Positions 12,294-17,300 of a stretch of 17,300 nt of DNA are shown here, in pieces (positions within the stretch are counted from its first letter, which is position 1; every line of letters begins with the position of its first letter). The notes beneath the pieces were generated by a model that had not been told where the DNA came from, searched no databases, and saw nothing but the letters and a program-made list of their open reading frames with translations. Source of the stretch: Myxococcota bacterium (lineage in GTDB: Bacteria; Myxococcota_A; UBA796; UBA2385); contig JBIJDH010000052.1 in NCBI GenBank assembly GCA_044344255.1, positions 1-17,300 on the forward strand, read 5' to 3'. The position numbers and the translations under genes were made by a program.

Positions 12294-14462
12294 TCAGCTC
12301 GGGTCGCCCGACTCCCCGCTCACGGCGTCGGCCGCAGCCCGCGTAATCACCACGCAGCGCTCCTTCCTCGCCCCGACGGTCACCTTCTTCGTGAGGTGCC
12401 CCTCGTCGTGGAGCAGCCAGCCGCGCTGGTCCCAGGTGCGGAGCACCGCCTCGGCGTCGTGCTTCTGCTTCTCCAGGAAGCCGCGGAGCTCGGTGGGGAG
12501 CACCGCCAGCGCCCGCCACTCCACGCGGCTCGCCCAGGCGCCGAGCCACCCGCCGGCGGGGGCCTCGTCGCTCCCCTGCTCCCCTTCGAGGCGACCGTAG
12601 AAGCGATGCTGCTGGGAAGTCGCCCAGGAGAGCACGTCCCGGAGCGCGTCGGCGGCGCGGTCGGCCTCGGCCGAGGACTTCACCACGGCCTCCCAGGCCA
12701 CCAGCACCGGGTCCGTCGCTGGCGCCGGCACGCCGAGGGCCTCGTGGAGCAGCCACTTCGCCACGTCGAGGGCGGCGACGTACTGCGCGGCCCGCCCGGC
12801 GACGGGGTTCCCGTTGCACTGCCGCGTCCACTCCTCGACCCGCCAGGCGTACATCCGGCGGAGGCCCTCGGTGGCCTCGGGTGTGGCGAGCAGCCACTGG
12901 AGCAGCCGCGGCCCGGCGTGCCCGTGGTGGGCGAGCACCCCCTCGGTGATGCGCTGGACGGCGGCGAGAGTATCCGCGTTACACGCGCCGAAGGGCGAGC
13001 CCCAGATGCAGAGGGTCCGAGCGCGGGTGCCACCGTCGTTGGTGAAGCTCGTGGCAGGGGCCTCCCCGGTGGAGAGCAGCACACCGTGGGCCCGCGACGT
13101 TCGCTGAATGCCCTGAAGCGAGCCGCGCCCGCGGCCGACGCCGGAGGCGAAGTCGTAGAGGGTGCGGCCCACGTCCTCGGGGCGGCGGGCCCGCTTGGTG
13201 TCGTCGAGGAAGGTGGGGAGGTAGTCCGTGAGGGCAGCGGCGCGCTCGACATAGACGCGGGTGTGGTCCCAGGAGACGACGATGCCCCCGCTGCGCTCGT
13301 CGGGGTTCCCCCAGACCGAAGCGGCGAGGCGCAGGGTAGTGGTCTTACCGCGGCTGGTCTCCCCGCAGAAGTCCACGATGAAGTTGGCCAAGGTCGGCAG
13401 CATGGCCATCAGGGGCGGCACCAGCGCGGTGTAGAGGGCGAGCATCGCCGCCGGGTAGGGCAGCGCCGCCTTCACCGCCTCCAGCCAGCCCTCCCAGGTG
13501 CCCGAGGCCCGGAAGCCATCTGCGAGGGCGCGCACGCCGGGCTCCGAGACAAGCAGGTGGAGCTGGCCGGGGATCCAGCGCGCGGGAGGGAGATCCTCGA
13601 CTGAGCCGGTGGAGAGGATGCCACCCGCCCGAACCACCGCGCGGCCCCAGAGGAAGCAGCGGTCCTCGCCGCTCCCGTACCAGCCCATCTGACCGGTCAC
13701 CCGGGCCTCGGGGAGCACCTCGGCGTTCGCGGCCTCGAAGTCTGCGAGGAAGGCGACCAGCTCCGCGGCGGTGTTCGAGGTGACCGGCGCGTCGTGGGCG
13801 GCGAAGGCCACGAGACCCCGCGCATCGGCCGCCTTGCCGCGGGGCACGGAGTGGAGGTGCCAGCCGCCACAGGCGCCGGTCCAGGCCATCGCCCAGGTCA
13901 CGCTGTTGTCGTGGATGTCGCGATAGCGGCCCTCGATGACGACGGGCCGGTGGGCCACGTCGATGGCGTTGATGTCGCCGCTCTCGTCGTCCATCCGGAG
14001 GCGGGCGATGCCGGTGGGGCCGAGGTCCCAGCCGGGTGGACAGCGCAGGCCGGGTGGCAGCAGGTGGTCGCCCAGCACCGTCGCCAGGGCCTCGGCGAGG
14101 GGCGGGGCGATGCCGCGCTCCACCGCCGCCTGGCGCCGCCCACCCTGCTCCGCGCGAAGCTGGCGGGCCGCCACCTCTCGAACGGAGCGCTCCAAGCGGG
14201 CCGCCCGCTGGCGGAAGCCCCTCCGCGCACCGAGGCGCAGGAGGAGGGCCGCCATCCGGTCGGGGGCGACGCGCCAGGCGGCACCGAGTGCCTCCATCGT
14301 TGCGGCATCTTCGAGCAGGGCCGCGAGCAGGGCAGTCGTCGCCTCGAGGTCTGCGGCACCCTCCACCGCCAGGGCGAGCTCGCCCAGACGCTCCAGGCCC
14401 GGGGTCGCGTCGGGCGGCGGCAAGGGCGTGATCCCGCAGACCTTCGACATCCAGTCAGCCAC
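12294..14462 (-). CDS. DUF927-domain (Cch-like) replicative helicase/ATPase (722 aa)
   Basis: QMGWY, GTWEGW, Walker A GETSRGKTT, ASVWGNP, Walker B FLDD, GVGRGR, LSTGE, R-finger TRAR and HHGHAG motifs of DUF927 proteins. Start overlaps the primase stop. Confidence 0.88.
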   Translation of the reverse strand: MADWMSKVCGITPLPPPDATPGLERLGELALAVEGAADLEATTALLAALLEDAATMEALGAAWRVAPDRMAALLLRLGARRGFRQRAARLERSVREVAARQLRAEQGGRRQAAVERGIAPPLAEALATVLGDHLLPPGLRCPPGWDLGPTGIARLRMDDESGDINAIDVAHRPVVIEGRYRDIHDNSVTWAMAWTGACGGWHLHSVPRGKAADARGLVAFAAHDAPVTSNTAAELVAFLADFEAANAEVLPEARVTGQMGWYGSGEDRCFLWGRAVVRAGGILSTGSVEDLPPARWIPGQLHLLVSEPGVRALADGFRASGTWEGWLEAVKAALPYPAAMLALYTALVPPLMAMLPTLANFIVDFCGETSRGKTTTLRLAASVWGNPDERSGGIVVSWDHTRVYVERAAALTDYLPTFLDDTKRARRPEDVGRTLYDFASGVGRGRGSLQGIQRTSRAHGVLLSTGEAPATSFTNDGGTRARTLCIWGSPFGACNADTLAAVQRITEGVLAHHGHAGPRLLQWLLATPEATEGLRRMYAWRVEEWTRQCNGNPVAGRAAQYVAALDVAKWLLHEALGVPAPATDPVLVAWEAVVKSSAEADRAADALRDVLSWATSQQHRFYGRLEGEQGSDEAPAGGWLGAWASRVEWRALAVLPTELRGFLEKQKHDAEAVLRTWDQRGWLLHDEGHLTKKVTVGARKERCVVITRAAADAVSGESGDPS

Positions 14463-15387
14463 GGGCCGGACCCTCGCCCGCGGCGTCCAGCAGGCGGTCG
14501 AGGGGCCCCCACCACCCGCAGGAGTTGCGATGGTTGCAGCGCGCCCCCTTCATGCGGTCGGGCTCCAGCCAGAACCAGACCGAGGGCCGCCCACAGCTGG
14601 GGCAGTGGGCTCCAGTGGCCCGGCCCCCCCGCAGGACCGCCTGCAGGTGCTCGGCGGCGCGGAGGCGGGCGCCCGAGTCGGTGTGGAGCCGATGCCGGGC
14701 GAGGCGGGCGGCCTCGTCCCAGGGGAGGCGGACGGCGCCTGGGGTCCGGCCGGGTCGCGCAGCCGGCCGCGGGACCGGCGGCACCAGCGCGAGCGCCTCT
14801 TTGAGCAGCCGGTCGGGGTCGAGGAGGGGCGCCTCCCAGGCCTTCGCCGCCGCCCGGCCCCCATCCGGCCGGAGCGCCGGCAGGAAGAGCGCGCGGGCGA
14901 GGTCCTTGGTGAGCGCATCCACGCCGGCGCCGAGGCGCTTCGCCAGGAGTGTCCACAGGAGCCTGAACTCAACCGCGTTCACGTCCCGAGCGAGCGGGAA
15001 GACGAGGCGGAAGCGGTGGGCCTCCGGTCGATGCCGCCAGGTCGTGTAGAGGACGTGGTGGACATCGAGGAAGCGCTGGTGGGCCGCCTGGGTGGTGGGG
15101 CCGCCCTCCACGTCGAGCGCGACCACCGAGGCCCGCTCGAAGGCAGTGTTACGCCGCTCGTTCCGCGTGAAGGCCCCGATGAGGAAGAAGGGGCAGGCGA
15201 ACTTCCCCTCCCCCGGCTGGGGGCGCGTGAGGAGTCGCTCCAGGGCCGCGAGGTCGCCGGTCCACCGTCGGCCTACCGTCGGCCAGACGACACCGTCGGC
15301 GGCCTCCGGAGAGCCCCCCGGCCGCACGGCGGGAGGGTCCAGGAGCGTGAGTGTGAAGGTCCGCGCGGCCGTCGTCGGGGGTGTCAC
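14455..15387 (-). CDS. Primase-polymerase-like (AEP superfamily) protein with C-terminal zinc finger (310 aa)
   Basis: VALDVE (DxE), YTTWRHRPEAHRFRLVFPLARDV, D..TKD..RALF and C-terminal CPSC...CNHRNSC. GTGA-coupled to the BRO gene and coupled to the helicase. Confidence 0.75.
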   Translation of the reverse strand: MTPPTTAARTFTLTLLDPPAVRPGGSPEAADGVVWPTVGRRWTGDLAALERLLTRPQPGEGKFACPFFLIGAFTRNERRNTAFERASVVALDVEGGPTTQAAHQRFLDVHHVLYTTWRHRPEAHRFRLVFPLARDVNAVEFRLLWTLLAKRLGAGVDALTKDLARALFLPALRPDGGRAAAKAWEAPLLDPDRLLKEALALVPPVPRPAARPGRTPGAVRLPWDEAARLARHRLHTDSGARLRAAEHLQAVLRGGRATGAHCPSCGRPSVWFWLEPDRMKGARCNHRNSCGWWGPLDRLLDAAGEGPARG

Positions 15388-16358
15388 GCGGCCCCCTTCG
15401 GATGCTCGTCGTCCTCGAAGAAGGCCAGGATCCGGGAGAGGGCCTCATCATTGTAGACCCAGGCGAACACGGTCTTGTCGTGGCCGCGGGCCTTGGTCAT
15501 GACCTGTCGGGAGAGGCCCGCTGCGCCGCGCAGCCCGAGCCGCGTGAGGGCGAGGCCCACGGCATGGGGCGTGGCGCCGACCCTCGCCGCGATCTGGGTC
15601 GGGCTGTACCAGCGCTCGGGGACCACGGGGCGGAGCTCGGGGAGCTCCCGGCCGAGCGCGATCTCGGTTGCGGCCACCTCGTAGGCGACGCGCGTGGTCT
15701 GGTCAATCTGCTCGAGGTCGTGCAGCACCCGCACCGTCTCCCGGAGCGACGCCGACTCGAATTTCCGAAGGCGGAGTCCGTGCTGGGCGGCGAGGCGCCG
15801 CTCGCGGTCGGCGTCCACGAAGGGGCGGTTGGCGGCGCGCACGGGGACGGCGACGACCAGGGCGAAGGGCAGCGCCACCTGCCCCGGCGCCCGCAGGGTG
15901 GGAGTCGACGTCGGCTCGGGGCGCGGCTCCGGCGGGGCGTCGGACTTCGGAGCGTAGCGGCCGGTCCGCGCGAGCTGCGGTATCACCTCGTCGGCGAGGA
16001 AGCGGCGGAAGCGGATGCCCGCCTCCTTCTCGGTCCTCGCCAGCGCGAGGTACAGCCCCGACTCGAAGAGGATGACGATCCCGCGGTTGCTCCGCAAAGG
16101 TCCCGGATCGGGACCTTCGGCGCCCATGGCCTGCTGGAGCAGGGCGGCCTCGCTCCCGAGGAGGACCGCGAAGTCCTTCCCATCGACGAATTCCTTACCC
16201 CACTCGCCGGTGATGCTGCTGGTGAAGCGCTTGCCGCCATTGGCGTAGCCGAGGGCGCTGCCGACCTCCCGGGCCACCCAGGCCGGGCGCCCCTTGTAGG
16301 TGAGGGTAGTGACACGGCGTTCCTCGAATCGGTGGATCGCCCGAACGATGCGCTCCAT
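15384..16358 (-). CDS. BRO-N domain antirepressor-like protein with C-terminal HTH-like region (324 aa; true start MERIVR at 16358)
   Basis: GRPAWVAREVGSALGYAN and ESGLYLALARTEKEAGIRFRRFLADEVIPQLARTGRY are BRO-N motifs; WYSPTQIAARVGATPHAVG is HTH-like; AGGAGG lies 5 nt before the ATG. Confidence 0.9.
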   Translation of the reverse strand: MERIVRAIHRFEERRVTTLTYKGRPAWVAREVGSALGYANGGKRFTSSITGEWGKEFVDGKDFAVLLGSEAALLQQAMGAEGPDPGPLRSNRGIVILFESGLYLALARTEKEAGIRFRRFLADEVIPQLARTGRYAPKSDAPPEPRPEPTSTPTLRAPGQVALPFALVVAVPVRAANRPFVDADRERRLAAQHGLRLRKFESASLRETVRVLHDLEQIDQTTRVAYEVAATEIALGRELPELRPVVPERWYSPTQIAARVGATPHAVGLALTRLGLRGAAGLSRQVMTKARGHDKTVFAWVYNDEALSRILAFFEDDEHPKGAA

Positions 16359-16437
16359 GGGAGCCTCCTGAACAGAACAGACGCCACACGAGCCGGGCGC
16401 CACGGCCGCCGACCGCCAGCCGGTCGGCTGGGGAGGG

Positions 16438-16662
16438 TCAGCGGGGGCCCGGCATCCGAAGGCGGGCCACGCGGCGCTGGAAGCGTTGGAGGGCGGGGGT
16501 GTCGGGGAAGGCGAGCGAGACATCCACCGCCCCCTCCACGATGCGGAGGACGGCCTCCTGATCGGGCTCCCCCTCGATGCGCACGTCCGGGTCCTGCACC
16601 GACGCCGCGGCGCGGAGGCTGCCCATCTCCAGGCTGGGACGCAGCTCCAGGGCCAGCCTCAC
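16438..16662 (-). CDS. Hypothetical protein (74 aa)
   Basis: GTGA overlap with the upstream ORF, high GC3 codon pattern, same strand as the replication module. Confidence 0.6.
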   Translation of the reverse strand: MRLALELRPSLEMGSLRAAASVQDPDVRIEGEPDQEAVLRIVEGAVDVSLAFPDTPALQRFQRRVARLRMPGPR

Positions 16663-16913
16663 CGGGCACCCCCGACGAGGCCCTGGCCGTGGCTGCGCGC
16701 CAGCTCGGCGACACCGCAGGGCTCCGCCGCCACCTCGGCAGGGGAGAGGCCCAACTCCTCGGCTGCCTCGGCCCGCGCGCGCTCCAGAATGTCCGTGGCG
16801 ATGCCAACGGCGAGGATGTCCAGGGCGGAGCGCCAGCTTCGGATCGCGTCCGCGGCGGGCACGGTGGTCAGCCGCACCTGCATCTCAACCGGCCTGTGCT
16901 TGTCGTACTTCAC
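16659..16913 (-). CDS. Hypothetical protein (~84 aa; likely GTG start at 16913)
   Basis: GGAG 6 nt before the GTG; amphipathic helical sequence; coupled to the next ORF. Confidence 0.6.
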   Translation of the reverse strand: MKYDKHRPVEMQVRLTTVPAADAIRSWRSALDILAVGIATDILERARAEAAEELGLSPAEVAAEPCGVAELARSHGQGLVGGAR

Positions 16914-17180
16914 GTCGGGCTCCAGGGGCCCCGGCAGGGGGCGCAATCCTGGAGAGAGCAAAGGCGGTGCCAGCCGCGATACGCTGCCTTTCTCCTTCGC
17001 TATGTCCGGCTGGTTGGAGACGGGATGCCCGCCCTGGGGCAGTTCAGCGCCGACCTCGAACCCAATGCTCCCCGGTGGAGTGGATGAACGGGAGCGGGGG
17101 ACGCATGGCCCGCGGGCTGGAACGAAGGCGGCGGCGTTGGAACCGACGTGGCCCGCTTCGTGCGGTCCGTCGAGCCGGGG

Positions 17181-17300
17181 TCAGTCGGGGCTCAGCCAGG
17201 CGGGCAGCTCGATCTCCGACTCCTCTACGCCGAGCTCGTCACGCTGGACCTGGTGGAGGTTGCGGATGATCCGCGGCAGGTCGTCGCCCCGGGCATCGAA
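17181..17300 (-). CDS. 3' end of a hypothetical protein (partial, runs off window end)
   Basis: Open frame FDARGDDLPRIIRNLHQVQRDELGVEESEIELPAWLSPD* with strong GC3 bias. Confidence 0.6.
   Translation of the reverse strand, partial: FDARGDDLPRIIRNLHQVQRDELGVEESEIELPAWLSPD

Larger units (their letters stand above)
11925..16913 (-). mobile_element. Phage-satellite/integrative-element-like replication module (boundaries not visible)
   Basis: Co-oriented small ORFs, BRO, primase, DUF927 helicase and iteron-like array; no virion structural genes in the window. Confidence 0.7.

Noticed and set aside
12288..17087. Long plus-strand ORFs (438, 506 and 568 aa) and similar ORFs opposite the FtsK operon
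   Set aside because: Shadow frames of well-supported minus-strand genes, with low-complexity Arg/Gly/Pro-rich translations.

Overview
High-GC accessory region in three parts. (1) 1-4578 is an IS pile-up: the 3' end of an IS21 element (istA tail, istB, right end at 1173), a ~270-bp remnant of a large serine recombinase gene, an intact IS66 (1448-4004) without a target duplication, and a truncated, inverted sister IS66 (4005-4578). (2) 4833-11272 (minus strand) is a tightly coupled type VII secretion-like operon. In order: a PD-(D/E)xK-type nuclease ORF reading in frame into a WXG100 (WQD) protein, a helical-hairpin protein with a C-terminal ParB/Srx-like domain, a second small WxD protein, a three-domain FtsK/EccC-like ATPase with no membrane segment, and a single-pass membrane protein. 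No immunity gene is evident. (3) 11925-17300 (minus strand) is a phage-satellite/integrative-element-like replication module: small ORFs, BRO antirepressor, primase-like protein, DUF927 helicase and a candidate iteron origin (opposed TCCCCG arrays). The most interesting hypothesis is that the WXG100-FtsK module with two nucleic-acid/nucleotide-acting domains is cargo of this element and may act in defence or conflict rather than classical secretion. All family assignments come from motif recognition by eye; no searches were run.
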